NCBI GenBank assembly: GCA_036007245.1 | Contig: DASYOY010000118.1 | Span: 1-62,804 of the forward strand | DNA length: 62,804 bases | Reading direction: 5' to 3' | Source of the DNA: Actinomycetota bacterium | GTDB lineage: Bacteria > Actinomycetota > UBA4738 > HRBIN12 | Shown: one piece after another, positions 42,937 through 53,283 of the stretch | How positions within the stretch are numbered: position 1 is the first letter of the stretch | How the letters are laid out: the number at the start of each line of letters is the position of its first letter | Translations under genes and position numbers: made by a program | Notes under the pieces: model-generated | Seen by the model: the letters and a program-made list of their open reading frames with translations, nothing else | Database searches by the model: none | Told to the model about the DNA's origin: nothing

Positions 42937-44474
42937 TGCCGGAAGTGGCGGGTCCCGGTGAGGACGACCGCCATCCCACGGCCCTCGGCCGCCGCCAGCA
43001 CATCCTCGTCTCCCTTGGAACCGCCCGGGTGGATCACGGCGCTGCATCCCGCGTCGGCTGCAACCTCCAGCGCGTCCGGGAACGGGAAGAACGCGTCGGA
43101 CGCGCACACCGCTCCCTGAGCTCGCTCCCCCGCCTTGCGCGCCGCGATCCACGACGAATCCACGCGTGACATCTGCCCCGCGCCGATCCCCACGGTCGCG
43201 CCGTCCTTCACGAACACGATCGTGTTCGATTTGACGCGCCACGCGATCGTCCACGCGAGCTCGAGATCACGCCACTCCTGCGCGGTCGGCTCCCGGCTCG
43301 ACACCACCTTCCAATCGGCGCGGGTCTCCCGGACCATGTCGAGGTCTTGGATCAGCGCACCGCCGGGGAGCGTGCGCACGTCCCATCCGCTCGGCTGATC
43401 GAGCGGCGCGCGCACCACGCGGAGGTTCGGCCGCTCCGCGAACGCGGCGAGGGCTCCGTCGGTGAACGACGGCGCGACCGCGACCTCGGTGAAGACCTCG
43501 CGCATCGCGGCGGCCGCAGCCTCGTCGCACGAACCGCGGAACGCGACGATGCCGCCGAACGCGCTCACCTCGTCGCATGCGAACGCGCCTCGATAGGACG
43601 CCGCCGGGTCGCCGAGCGCCGCGACCCCGCACGGGTTGTTGTGCTTGACGATCACGCACGCGCCGTCGGGCAGCGCATGGACCAGGTCGGCGGCCGCCCA
43701 CGCGTCGAGCCAGTTGTTGAACGACATCTCCTTGCCCTGGAGCACCTCGGCGCCGCCGAGCACACCGGGTCCGCCCGCTTCTGCGAACAGCGCCCCGCGC
43801 TGATGCGGGTTCTCGCCGTAGCGGAGGTCGCCCGCCTTCTCGTACGCGAGCCCGACGAATCCGGGGATCGCGTCGTCGTCGGTCTCCTGCTGTGCGAACC
43901 ACCCGGCGACGGCAGCGTCGTAGGTGGCGGTATGCGCGAACGCCTCGGCTGCGAGCGCGAACCGCGTGGCGCGCGTGATCCCGCCCTCAAGGTCGAGCTC
44001 CTCCAGGATCGCCTCGTAGCGCTCGGGGTTCACCACGACGGTCATCGACTCGAAGTTCTTCGCGCTCGCGCGGACCATCGCCGGTCCCCCGATGTCGATC
44101 TTCTCGATCGTGTCCTCGAACCCCGCGCCGGACGCGACGGTCTCGCGGAACGGATAGAGATTGCTGACGAGCAGGTCGAACGGCTCGATCCCCTGGCCGG
44201 CGATCTGCCGGAGGTGGTCTTCGTCGCGCTGATCGGCGAGTAGCCCCGCGTGGATCGCGGGATGCAGCGTCTTGACCCGGCCGCCGAGCATCTCGGGGAA
44301 GCCGGTCACGTCGGCGACCTCGGTGACGTCGACGCCGGCCTCGCGGAGCGTGGCGGCCGTGCCGCCGCTCGACACCAACTGCACGTCGCGGTCGCGCAGC
44401 GCGCGCGCCAACTCGACGATGCCCTCCTTCTCGTAGACAGCCAGCAACGCCCGGCGGATCGGCCTCGTGCTCAC
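42933..44474 (-). CDS. purH: bifunctional AICAR transformylase / IMP cyclohydrolase
   Basis: 513 aa with ALLAVYEKEGIVELAR, SSGGTA..L...G, GGRVKTLHP, IDIGGP.M.R..AKN and KHNNPCG. Confidence 0.95.
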   Translation of the reverse strand: MSTRPIRRALLAVYEKEGIVELARALRDRDVQLVSSGGTAATLREAGVDVTEVADVTGFPEMLGGRVKTLHPAIHAGLLADQRDEDHLRQIAGQGIEPFDLLVSNLYPFRETVASGAGFEDTIEKIDIGGPAMVRASAKNFESMTVVVNPERYEAILEELDLEGGITRATRFALAAEAFAHTATYDAAVAGWFAQQETDDDAIPGFVGLAYEKAGDLRYGENPHQRGALFAEAGGPGVLGGAEVLQGKEMSFNNWLDAWAAADLVHALPDGACVIVKHNNPCGVAALGDPAASYRGAFACDEVSAFGGIVAFRGSCDEAAAAAMREVFTEVAVAPSFTDGALAAFAERPNLRVVRAPLDQPSGWDVRTLPGGALIQDLDMVRETRADWKVVSSREPTAQEWRDLELAWTIAWRVKSNTIVFVKDGATVGIGAGQMSRVDSSWIAARKAGERAQGAVCASDAFFPFPDALEVAADAGCSAVIHPGGSKGDEDVLAAAEGRGMAVVLTGTRHFRH

Positions 44475-45082
44475 GGATCCTCCCTGATCTCGACCAACCG
44501 ATCGTGGATCACGAGCCGGTCCTCCAGCAACGCCCGGACGGCGCGTGGCAGCAGACGGTGTTCGACCTCGTGGACACGCGGTTCCAGCGAGTCCCAGTCA
44601 TCGTCGGGCCGGATCGCGATCGCTTCCTGCAGCACCACAGGACCCGTGTCCACGCCGGCATCGACCAGATGCACCGTGACCCCGGTGACCTTCACGCCCG
44701 CGGCCAGCGCATCCGCCACGGCGTGCGTCCCCGGGAACGACGGAAGGAGCGCGGGATGGACGTTCAGCCACCGATCGCGCCACCGCTCGACCACCGGCGA
44801 CCCGAGCAGGCGCATATAGCCCGCGCTGACGATGACGTCGACGCCGCGTTCGGTGAGCGCGTCCGCGACCGCGGCCGACAGCGCGGCGCGGCCGCCCGCG
44901 GGCTCGATCACCAGGGTTTCGATCGCGGCCTCGTCGGCTCGCTCGAGCGCCCGGACGCCGGGCCGGTCGGACAGGACCAGGACGAGGTGGGGCCGGATCG
45001 CGGGGTCGTCCAGGAGAACTTGCAGGTTGGTTCCGGAGCCGGAGACCAGCACCGCGACACGCCCGCCCATGGAGGCGGCCAT
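44471..45082 (-). CDS. purN: phosphoribosylglycinamide formyltransferase
   Basis: VAVLVSGSGTNLQ, NVHPALLPSFPG, and GVTVH.VD.G.DTGP...Q. Its stop overlaps the purH start. ATG 45070 is an alternative start. Confidence 0.9.
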   Translation of the reverse strand: MAASMGGRVAVLVSGSGTNLQVLLDDPAIRPHLVLVLSDRPGVRALERADEAAIETLVIEPAGGRAALSAAVADALTERGVDVIVSAGYMRLLGSPVVERWRDRWLNVHPALLPSFPGTHAVADALAAGVKVTGVTVHLVDAGVDTGPVVLQEAIAIRPDDDWDSLEPRVHEVEHRLLPRAVRALLEDRLVIHDRLVEIREDP

Positions 45083-45155
45083 GCTAGCCGAGCGTGCATC
45101 TCCGCAGGACAGGGGCGGTAAGCTGACGCGTCCGTCCGACCGGTGGAGGCAACGC

Positions 45156-45965
45156 GTGAAGAAGTGTCCGTACTGCGCGGAAGAGATCCAGGACGAAGCG
45201 ATCAAGTGTCGCTACTGCCACAGCGACCTCACGGTCCCGCCGCCCTCCGCGAGCGCGGCCCCGTCCGAGAGCGTGGGTCAGGCGCAGCCGGCCGCCGCGG
45301 CCACCGGCTCGGACCAGGGTTCGAGCGATGCGGGGTCGGCCGGCGCCGGCTCGAGCGGATCCGACGCGGCGAGTCCGCAGCCCACTGCCTGGGGCAGCAC
45401 GTCGAGCACACCCACTCCGACCGGGTCCACCACGCAGCAGGCCTCCGCGCCCCCGATGGGCTCGATGACCGCGCCGATGGGGTCCTCGATGGCGGCGCCC
45501 GGGGGCGGCACCGCGCAGAAGTACACGCACTCGGGCTACCGCTACGTGCTCGGCTACGGCGCCGACTTCTTCGGGATCTGGAACCGCGACAACCCGACGA
45601 TGCCGACCGAGCGGTATCCCCGCACCGACCAGGGATGGCGCGACGCGTGGGCTAAGTTCGCGTCGCTCGAGCCGAACCAGGTGCCGGTGCCCGACGCCGT
45701 CACCGGTGCGACCACCATGCCGATGACGACCAACGCGCCGCAGCTGCAGATGGACGCGAGCGACACGCAGGTTCTGCAATACACCCACACGGGCACGCGC
45801 TACCTCCTCGGGTACGGCCAGACGTTCTTCGGGATCTGGGACCGGCAGAACCCGACGGCCCCGGTCGAGCGGTTCCCGCGGAGCGACGATGGGTGGGGAC
45901 AGGCCTGGCGGCGCTACACGCAGATCGAGAACAACTTCACCGAGGTGTCGCCGAGCCAACGCTGA
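45156..45965 (+). CDS. zinc-ribbon protein with low-complexity linker and two tandem ~51-aa repeats
   Basis: GGTGGAGG lies 6 nt upstream of GTG 45156. KKCPYCAEEIQDEAIKCRYCHSDL is followed by an S/A/G/T-rich linker. The repeats span aa 122-172 (nt 45519..45671) and aa 208-258 (nt 45777..45929). Confidence 0.7.
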   Translation: MKKCPYCAEEIQDEAIKCRYCHSDLTVPPPSASAAPSESVGQAQPAAAATGSDQGSSDAGSAGAGSSGSDAASPQPTAWGSTSSTPTPTGSTTQQASAPPMGSMTAPMGSSMAAPGGGTAQKYTHSGYRYVLGYGADFFGIWNRDNPTMPTERYPRTDQGWRDAWAKFASLEPNQVPVPDAVTGATTMPMTTNAPQLQMDASDTQVLQYTHTGTRYLLGYGQTFFGIWDRQNPTAPVERFPRSDDGWGQAWRRYTQIENNFTEVSPSQR

Positions 45966-47208
45966 CCCGTTTCGGCCACGGCAGCGCGGCGCCGATCGCG
46001 CCACCCAACACACCCCACGCGAGGGCGAAGCCGCCCGTCGCGAGCAACGGCACGCCGAGCGTCGCGTCGCCCTTCGTGATGCTCGCCCACGCGGGCACCT
46101 CGATGCCCGCCGCCCACGCGGCGACCACACACAGGATCGCGAAGACGACCCCGCCGGCGGCGCCGCGGAGCGCGCGTTCGCCCGTGCTGCGCTCCTGCCC
46201 CGCCGCCGCCCGGCCGCCGAGCACCGTTGCGATCAGCGGGACCAACAGGAACGCCCAGAACCACACGGGGAACGAGGCTGTGTAGCCCATCGCACCGGCG
46301 AGGCCGGCAAGCAGCACCCCGGCGCCCTGGCTCGCGTCGATCCCCTCGCGCGACAGGACGACGGCGGGTTGGCCGCCGACGCTGACCCTCGCCTGCGTCC
46401 CCATCGTCATCGGGAGCACGAGCGCGGACTGGTTCGGCAACAGCGACGCGTGCTCGATCACCGTCGCCGCGCCGCTCCCGCCGGTCCGTGACACGAATCG
46501 CGCGTAGGCGCCCGTCGGCCCGGGGGAGATCGCGCCCACGAGCAGGACCGCGAGGAACGCGCCGACGATCCCCCACCAGAAGGCGGTCGCGCCGCCGACG
46601 ACCGCGCCCATGACCCGGCCTCCGACGCGCTCCTCGAGCGCGTCCCGTGCCACCGCGGCGCCGCCGGCCGCGCCGGCCGCGCCGCTCACCACCAACGGCA
46701 TCACGAACGCTTGCCACAACACGGGCTCGAGCCGCCCGATCCCGAACTGCGGGAACCCGAGCGTGACCGGGAACGCGATCATGAGCATGGGGATCGCGAC
46801 CCCGAGGGCGATCACCGACCCGGCGAGCGCGGCTGCGCCAGGCCGCCGTGCGAACGCGCGCGCTTGCTCGCGACCGGCGCGATACGCGAGCACGAGCACC
46901 AGGATGGTCAGCGCGCCGGTCGCGACGACCAGCGTGCCGGGAGCGCCGGGACCGAGCGACCCTTCCGCGTGCGCCGACGCGGTGAACGGCACGCGCACGC
47001 TCGACAACGTCTCGGCCAGGCCGATCTTGAACCAGGAGTACGGGTGGTACCACCCGCTCACCGCATACGTGAGCCATGCGAGCGCTTGCCCGGCCACGAA
47101 CACGGGCAGGAACACGAACAACGTGCCACGCCGAAGACCCGAGACGAGCAGGTCGCCCGGCGCGGTCGCCGGCGGTGCTTCTGTGCCGGCGACCTCCGCG
47201 GTGCTCAT
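45937..47208 (-). CDS. polytopic membrane protein, PerM-like (DUF6350) by position and topology
   Basis: 423 aa with about 10 hydrophobic helices. It sits between sucD and purN, where Rv0955/PerM lies in M. tuberculosis as I recall. Its ATG overlaps the sucD stop. Confidence 0.6.
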   Translation of the reverse strand: MSTAEVAGTEAPPATAPGDLLVSGLRRGTLFVFLPVFVAGQALAWLTYAVSGWYHPYSWFKIGLAETLSSVRVPFTASAHAEGSLGPGAPGTLVVATGALTILVLVLAYRAGREQARAFARRPGAAALAGSVIALGVAIPMLMIAFPVTLGFPQFGIGRLEPVLWQAFVMPLVVSGAAGAAGGAAVARDALEERVGGRVMGAVVGGATAFWWGIVGAFLAVLLVGAISPGPTGAYARFVSRTGGSGAATVIEHASLLPNQSALVLPMTMGTQARVSVGGQPAVVLSREGIDASQGAGVLLAGLAGAMGYTASFPVWFWAFLLVPLIATVLGGRAAAGQERSTGERALRGAAGGVVFAILCVVAAWAAGIEVPAWASITKGDATLGVPLLATGGFALAWGVLGGAIGAALPWPKRVSVGSATPR

Positions 47209-48077
47209 CGCGGAAGGCGCTCCGCGGCGATCCGTGCGACCTGCGACGGCGTCCGACCGACCGCGACGCCGGCCGCTTCGAGGGCCTCGGCCTTGGCCGC
47301 CGCGGTGCCCGCCGACCCCGTGACGATCGCGCCGGCGTGGCCCATCCGCTTGCCCGGCGGCGCCTCGAACCCCGCGATGTACGCGACGACCGGCTTCGTC
47401 ACGTGCCCGCCGATGAACGCCGCCGCGCGTTCCTCGTCATCGCCGCCGATCTCGCCGGTCATGATGATGAGGTCGGTGTCGGGGTCGGCCTCGAACAGCC
47501 GCAACGACTCGATGAACCCGACGCCGTGCACCGGGTCGCCGCCCATCCCGATGCACGTCGACTGCCCGATCCCCGCGGTCGAGAGCTCGTGCACGATCTG
47601 ATACACGAGCGTGCCTGAGCGGCTGACGAACCCGACGCGGCCCGGCGTGCACACCTCGCCGGGGATGATGCCGACGTTCGCGACGCCCGGCGAGATCACG
47701 CCCGGGCAGTTCGGGCCGACCAACGTCGTCTGCGTGCCGGCGAGGTACGCGTGGACGGCCGCCATGTCGCGCACCGGGATGCCCTCGGTGATGCAGACGG
47801 TGAGCGCGACGCCGGCGTCGGCCGCTTCCAAGATCGCGTCGGCCGCGAACCGCGGCGGCACGAAGATCATCGACGTGTTCGCGCCCGTCGTCGCGACGGC
47901 TTCCGCGACGGTGTCGAACACCGGGATGCCCTCGACATCCTGCCCACCTTTGCCCGGCGTCACACCGGCAACGACCGAGGTGCCGTAGGCACGGTTCCGC
48001 AGCGTATGGAACGTCCCTTCCGATCCCGTGATGCCTTGCACCACGAGCTTCGTGTCCTCGCCGACGAGGACGCTCAT
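47205..48077 (-). CDS. sucD: succinyl-CoA ligase alpha subunit
   Basis: The real ATG is 48077 ([18 protein letters not shown]..). Also [19 protein letters not shown], and MGHAGAI (phospho-His). Confidence 0.95.
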   Translation of the reverse strand: MSVLVGEDTKLVVQGITGSEGTFHTLRNRAYGTSVVAGVTPGKGGQDVEGIPVFDTVAEAVATTGANTSMIFVPPRFAADAILEAADAGVALTVCITEGIPVRDMAAVHAYLAGTQTTLVGPNCPGVISPGVANVGIIPGEVCTPGRVGFVSRSGTLVYQIVHELSTAGIGQSTCIGMGGDPVHGVGFIESLRLFEADPDTDLIIMTGEIGGDDEERAAAFIGGHVTKPVVAYIAGFEAPPGKRMGHAGAIVTGSAGTAAAKAEALEAAGVAVGRTPSQVARIAAERLPR

Positions 48078-49213
48078 GCGGCGCCCGCCAGCCGAGCGGC
48101 TTCCTCGGCCGCGGCGTCCATCGTCGCGACCGGCACGATCCGGGGGTGCGCCGCTTCGGCGAGGATCCGGCGGCCCTCCTCGGCGTTGGTGCCGTCCAGG
48201 CGCACGACGATCGGCACGGTCGGCTCGACCTGCTTCAGTGCTTCGAGGATCCCCTCGGCGACGACGTCGCAGCGCGTGATGCCGCCGAAGATGTTGATGA
48301 ACACGCACCGGACCGATGGGTCGGACAAGATCACCTGCAGCGACGTCGCCAGCTTCTCGGCGCTCGCGCCGCCGCCGATGTCCAGGAAGTTCGCCGCACG
48401 GCCGCCCGCCTGCGCGACCACGTCGAGCGTCGACATCACCAAACCGGCGCCGTTGCCGATGATGCCGACCGACCCATCCAGCTTCACGTACTGGAGGTCC
48501 GCGTCCTTCGCGCGCTTCTCGACCGGATCGACGGGGAAGGCGTTCTGCAACGCCTCGAGATCGGGATGCCGGAACAACGCGTTGTCGTCGACGGTGACCT
48601 TCGCGTCGAGCGCCACGACCTCACCGCCCTCGAGTTGCACGAGCGGGTTGATCTCGACGAGGGTCGCGTCGGCCTCCTGGACCACCGACCACATCGCGCG
48701 GAGCACCTGCGAGGCGCCGTCACGGGCGTCGACGGGCAACACGCCGACCAGCTCGCGCAGATGCCACGCCCGCAGCCCGAGCCCGGGGTTCACGTGAACG
48801 CGCCGGAGCGCCTCGGGCCGTTCGCGGGCGAGCGTCTCGATATCCATCCCGCCCTCGGCGGTGAGCATCCAGAGGTACTCGCCGACGGAGCGGTCGAGCA
48901 GCACCGACGTGTAGAACTCGTGCGCGATCGGCAGCAGCTCTTCCACGAGCACCCTCGTGACAGCGTGACCCTTGAAGTCGGATCCGAGCATGCGCGCCGC
49001 CGCGTCCCGCGCCTCGCCGGCGGATCTGCAGAGCGCAACGCCGCCGCCCTTGCCGCGCCCGCCGACCTGGACCTGGACCTTCACGACCGAGCTGCCGCCG
49101 AGCTCATCGGTCGCGGCCGCCGCCTCGTCGGGTGTCTCGGCGACGATCCCGCGCGGCGCCGGTATCCCGTGGGCCCGGAACAGGTCCTTGCCCATGTGCT
49201 CGTAGAGATCCAA
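48074..49213 (-). CDS. sucC: succinyl-CoA ligase beta subunit
   Basis: The start is TTG 49213, preceded by GGAGGG. Also [40 protein letters not shown] and GGI.RCD. Confidence 0.95.
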   Translation of the reverse strand: MDLYEHMGKDLFRAHGIPAPRGIVAETPDEAAAATDELGGSSVVKVQVQVGGRGKGGGVALCRSAGEARDAAARMLGSDFKGHAVTRVLVEELLPIAHEFYTSVLLDRSVGEYLWMLTAEGGMDIETLARERPEALRRVHVNPGLGLRAWHLRELVGVLPVDARDGASQVLRAMWSVVQEADATLVEINPLVQLEGGEVVALDAKVTVDDNALFRHPDLEALQNAFPVDPVEKRAKDADLQYVKLDGSVGIIGNGAGLVMSTLDVVAQAGGRAANFLDIGGGASAEKLATSLQVILSDPSVRCVFINIFGGITRCDVVAEGILEALKQVEPTVPIVVRLDGTNAEEGRRILAEAAHPRIVPVATMDAAAEEAARLAGAA

Positions 49214-49390
49214 CAGACCCTCCGGAAACGGGAACCGCGCGAACGAGCGCGGAGTCTACCCAAGACCGCCACACGGTCTTGACGGGACACGCATGTTTCC
49301 CGTCTTCACAACCCTGAAGGGCGGGTGTAGGTTTCGTTGCGCCTCGAAGCACGCGACCTATCCGGGACAACCCGGTGGGAGGGGGAACCG

Positions 49391-51157
49391 ATGCGGGCAC
49401 AGGTCTGGACCACCCTTCGGCTGCGCGCGGCTGTCACCACCGTGACGGTTGCGATGGCCGCTTTGCTGCTGGCGGCACCGCCCGCCGCACAGGCAGCGAT
49501 CCAGAAGTGCATCAACCCCCCGACCGTCTACCCGATCGGTCAGTTGACCGATGGGATGCAGGCCACGGGCTGGACCGTGCTCCACGGCACGCAGCCAGAG
49601 TCGTTCGGCGTCAAGATCCTCGGCGTTCTGCCCGACGCGATCGCTCCGGGCGATGACCTGATCTTGGTCAAGGCCCACGGCGCCAACATCGACGCGATCG
49701 GCGGGATGGGCCCGGGCTTCTCCGGCTCCCCCGTCTACATCAACAACGAGCTCGTCGGGTCCGTGTCGTACGGCCTCGGTGACGGGGACGCACACTACGG
49801 CGCGCTCACCCCCGGTCAAGAGCTCGTCGACGTCTTGATGAACCCGCGCGCTCGCACCGCGGCGTCCGCCACCCGTGTGCCGCTCACGCGTGCGGACCGG
49901 CGCCTTGTCGCGAACGACGCCGGCACCGCACTCTCCACGGTTGGGACGTCGCTCACGCAGATCCCGATGCCGCTGGCGGTGGCCGGCGCGACCGACCAGC
50001 GCGCCACGCTGCTCCAGAAGCGCCTCGCGAAGCAGGGCATCGTCGTCGAGCCCTACCGCTCGAGCAGCTCGACATCGTCGAGCCAGCTGTCGGGCGGCGA
50101 CCCGATGGTGCCGGGCGGCGTCTTCACGGCAGCGCTGAGCTACGGCTCGGTCGCCTACGCTGGGATCGGCACCACCACCATCGTGTGCGGCGACTACGTC
50201 GTGGCGTTCGGGCACTACTTCCTGTTCCAAGGAGCAGGCCTGGACGGCGCGATGCTCGACGGCAACGTCGTGGCGACGATCCCTGCGGGCACCGGCGGGT
50301 TCGGCGGCACGCCGTTCAAGATCGCGAACATCGGCGGCTTGCGCGGCACGCTCGACCAGGACCGCCTGAACGGTGTCCGCGGCGTGCTCGGCAAGCAGCC
50401 ACCGCTCACGACACTCACCAGCTCGATCGAGAACCTCGATACCGGCCAGACGCACACCGCGACCACGCAGGTGGCGCTCCCGCGGTACCTGCCGTTCATC
50501 GCCGAGGACCACGTCTACGGGTCGATCCTGGCGGCGCTCGACGCTCGCAAGGGCACCGACTGGATCACGTGGACCGTCAACGGCGTGTCGAAGGGCACCC
50601 CGTTCGAGTTCTCGATCACGAACGCGTACACCGGCTACAACGCGCTGTTCCGTCCGGCCTACGACGTGTACGCCACGCTCCGCTCGATCCGCAACGCTCA
50701 GGGGCCGGCGCGCGTCACGTCGGTGCAGATCCAGGGCACCGTCACCGGAAAGGCCGATTACGCGCTGATCCACAAGCCGCGCACCCAGAGCACGACCCAG
50801 CCCGGGTTCACGACGGGGACGACCCTGGACGTGCGCCGCGGCGACACGGTCGATGTGCGGGTGCCAGTGCAGCAGGTCAGCTCCGGCGACGTGTCTACCG
50901 CGACCGCGAGCTTCACGATCCCAAGCACGGTGCGCGGCTCGGGTCGGGTCGAGGTGTATGCGAGCCGCGGCTACTTCTACACGCGGCGCAACCTGACACT
51001 GGATCAGACGATCGCCGCATTGCAGCACGTGCCGCTGGGAAACGACCTGACGATCGAGATCCGGATGCGCGGCGCGCACACGATGCGGGCCGTGATCCCG
51101 ACCGCGTGGCCCTTGAAGGGCAACGTGAACGAGGTCGACCTGCACCTGCTCAAGTAG
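49391..51157 (+). CDS. secreted serine peptidase, SpoIVB/S55-like domain
   Basis: GGGAGGGGG precedes ATG 49391. The signal peptide is VTVAMAALLLAAPPAAQA. GGMGPGFSGSPVYINNELVGSVSYG resembles the G-x-S-G-S-P block of S55 peptidases. The C-terminal region is large and beta-rich. Confidence 0.65.
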   Translation: MRAQVWTTLRLRAAVTTVTVAMAALLLAAPPAAQAAIQKCINPPTVYPIGQLTDGMQATGWTVLHGTQPESFGVKILGVLPDAIAPGDDLILVKAHGANIDAIGGMGPGFSGSPVYINNELVGSVSYGLGDGDAHYGALTPGQELVDVLMNPRARTAASATRVPLTRADRRLVANDAGTALSTVGTSLTQIPMPLAVAGATDQRATLLQKRLAKQGIVVEPYRSSSSTSSSQLSGGDPMVPGGVFTAALSYGSVAYAGIGTTTIVCGDYVVAFGHYFLFQGAGLDGAMLDGNVVATIPAGTGGFGGTPFKIANIGGLRGTLDQDRLNGVRGVLGKQPPLTTLTSSIENLDTGQTHTATTQVALPRYLPFIAEDHVYGSILAALDARKGTDWITWTVNGVSKGTPFEFSITNAYTGYNALFRPAYDVYATLRSIRNAQGPARVTSVQIQGTVTGKADYALIHKPRTQSTTQPGFTTGTTLDVRRGDTVDVRVPVQQVSSGDVSTATASFTIPSTVRGSGRVEVYASRGYFYTRRNLTLDQTIAALQHVPLGNDLTIEIRMRGAHTMRAVIPTAWPLKGNVNEVDLHLLK

Positions 51158-51184
51158 CGAACCGCTCAACGCGCTCGGAGGCCG

Positions 51185-51595
51185 TCACCCGCTGCGGGTT
51201 TCGGCCTCCAGCCGTTGTTGGAGCCATGCGACGATGTCGCCGGTCGGCGCGCCGGGCGTGAAGATCTTCTCGACGCCTTCGTGCTCGAGTTTGGCGATGT
51301 CGTCGGCGGGGATGATGCCGCCGCCGAACACCACGATGTCGCCGGCGCCGCGCTCGCGGAGCAGCGTGACCACGCGCGGGAAGAGCGTCATGTGCGCGCC
51401 CGAGTGCAGCGAGAGGCCCACCGCGTCGGCGTCCTCCTGGATCGCGGTCTCGACGATCTGCTCCGGAGTCTGGTGCAGGCCGGTGTAGATCACCTCGAAC
51501 CCCGCGTCGCGGAGCGCGCGGGCGACGATCTTCGCGCCGCGGTCGTGTCCGTCCAGGCCGGGCTTCGCGACGATCACGCGGTACTTCTCGGGCAT
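51185..51595 (-). CDS. methylmalonyl-CoA mutase small subunit (cobalamin-binding domain)
   Basis: 136 aa counted from ATG 51595: [33 protein letters not shown] (DxHxxG B12 motif), then GLSLHSGAH and [15 protein letters not shown] (51603..51608) lies 7 nt upstream of the ATG. Confidence 0.88.
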   Translation of the reverse strand: MPEKYRVIVAKPGLDGHDRGAKIVARALRDAGFEVIYTGLHQTPEQIVETAIQEDADAVGLSLHSGAHMTLFPRVVTLLRERGAGDIVVFGGGIIPADDIAKLEHEGVEKIFTPGAPTGDIVAWLQQRLEAETRSG

Positions 51596-51602
51596 GCGGG
51601 CG

Positions 51603-51608
51603 AGTCTA
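51603..51608 (-). promoter_or_regulatory. -10-like TAGACT, leaderless-type (mutase B12 subunit)
   Basis: The minus strand reads TAGACT-cgcccgc-ATG 51595. The 7-nt spacer is identical to the one upstream of npdG. Confidence 0.35.
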
Positions 51609-51667
51609 TCGAACGCCCACGGTGCGCCCGTTCGCGCGCGGGCGCGGTCCGTAGACTTCCTGCCGCG

Positions 51668-51829
51668 ATGGCGCGTAAGAAGATCACGATCCGGCCGCCC
51701 GGTCTGAAGCCGACGACGAAGGTCGGCACGCTCGGTCCCTACCATGGACGCCTCGGGCTGGCATGGGTGATCGCGCCGGTCGTCGTAGGCCTGTTGATCC
51801 TCGTCGCCGGCTACCTGGCGCTGCGCTGA
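51668..51829 (+). CDS. small single-pass membrane protein (53 aa)
   Basis: [53 protein letters not shown]. Its TGA overlaps the ATG of the next gene (TGATG). TAGACT lies 10 nt upstream. Confidence 0.5.
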   Translation: MARKKITIRPPGLKPTTKVGTLGPYHGRLGLAWVIAPVVVGLLILVAGYLALR

Positions 51830-53283
51830 TGCTCGAGGCCTACTGCTGGCCACGCTCGGCGGTGCCCGGCGATCGCGTGGGCCTGCACCTTTCCAGCGAT
51901 GCGACCACCGTCGCCGTCACCGTGATGCGCGACGGCAGGGAGTCCGCGGAGGTGTGGCGGGCAGATGAGGTCGCTGCGACCGTGCACCCCACGCCGGCGG
52001 ACGCGAGCGCGAACGGCTGCGACTGGCCGGTCGCGCTGGAGATCCCGGTCGGCGACTGGCCCTCGGGCTACCACGCCGTGACGGTCACCGCCGGCGACGA
52101 ACGCGCCGACGCGTTCCTGGTCGTGCGGGCCGGTGATCGCGAGCGCGCGCCGATCCTGCTCGTCCTTTCGACCTCGACGTACGACGCCTACAACGACTGG
52201 GGCGGCCCCTCGCTGTACACAGGCGGCACGAAGGTCTCGATGCAGCGGCCGATGGCGCCGGGGTTCCTGGTCAAACCCGAGCCGCACCGGCGCAAGATGC
52301 AGCCCGAACCCGATCGCGAAGCGTTGTGGTTCTTCGAGTGGGCCGAGCCGCTCGGTCTGTCCGTGTGGAGCGGCGGGGCGGGCTGGTGGAACTGGGAGCG
52401 CGCGTTCGTTCACTGGGCGGAGCGCAACGGGTACGCGTTCGACGTCGCGATCTCGACGGACCTCGAGACCCTCCCCGGCGTGCTCGACGACTATCGCCTG
52501 TTCGTGTGTGCTGGACACGACGAGTACTGGTCGTGGGGCATGCGAGATGCACTCGACGCGCACACCGGCGGTGGCGGCAACGCCGCGATCCTGAGCGGCA
52601 ACACGTGCTACTGGCAGGTGCGCTTCGATCACGACGCCGGCACGATGACGTGCTTCAAGTACGGCGCCGACGCGGACCCGGTGCTCGGGACCGCGGACGA
52701 ACGGTTCCTGAGCGGGCCGTGGTCGCATCGGCTGGTCGGCCATCCCGAGACGTCGACGATCGGACTGACGTTCACCCGCGGCGGCTACTCGCGCTACGGG
52801 CTCGGCGTGCCCCGCGCGTCCGGCGCCTTCACCGTCCACCGCCCGGAGCATTGGCTGTTCGAGGGCACCGAGCTCCAGCCGGGCGACGCGCTCGGCCTCG
52901 CCGACACGATCGTGGCCTACGAGGTCGACGGGTGCGCGATGACACTCGGCGCCGACGGCCGGCCGGTGCCGACCCATGAGGACGGGGCGCCCGAGACGCT
53001 CGAGATCCTCGCGACGGCGCCCGCGCGGCTGTGGGCGCAGCAGGACCAACCGTCGCGATACGCACACGAGCCCGGCGAGCTCGAGCACACCGCGCTGGCG
53101 CTGTGGGGTGAGGACTGGCGCGACCACATCGACGAGATCGCGTACAACCACGCGGTGCTCGGCGTCTGGACCACACCCGCCGGCGGCACCATCGTCAACG
53201 TCGGCGTCACCGACTGGACCGACGGGTTGGGCGACCCGATCGTCGACCGGATCACGCGGACGATGCTCGACCGCCTCGGCTGA
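51829..53283 (+). CDS. N,N-dimethylformamidase beta-subunit-like family protein (DUF6605-type)
   Basis: 484 aa counted from ATG 51829. [36 protein letters not shown] and [18 protein letters not shown] are blocks I associate with this family. Confidence 0.65.
   Translation: MLEAYCWPRSAVPGDRVGLHLSSDATTVAVTVMRDGRESAEVWRADEVAATVHPTPADASANGCDWPVALEIPVGDWPSGYHAVTVTAGDERADAFLVVRAGDRERAPILLVLSTSTYDAYNDWGGPSLYTGGTKVSMQRPMAPGFLVKPEPHRRKMQPEPDREALWFFEWAEPLGLSVWSGGAGWWNWERAFVHWAERNGYAFDVAISTDLETLPGVLDDYRLFVCAGHDEYWSWGMRDALDAHTGGGGNAAILSGNTCYWQVRFDHDAGTMTCFKYGADADPVLGTADERFLSGPWSHRLVGHPETSTIGLTFTRGGYSRYGLGVPRASGAFTVHRPEHWLFEGTELQPGDALGLADTIVAYEVDGCAMTLGADGRPVPTHEDGAPETLEILATAPARLWAQQDQPSRYAHEPGELEHTALALWGEDWRDHIDEIAYNHAVLGVWTTPAGGTIVNVGVTDWTDGLGDPIVDRITRTMLDRLG

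Noticed and set aside
44832-45155. Upstream part of track ORF 44832..45965
   Set aside because: It is antisense to purN. The zinc-ribbon protein starts at GTG 45156, which has a GGTGGAGG SD.
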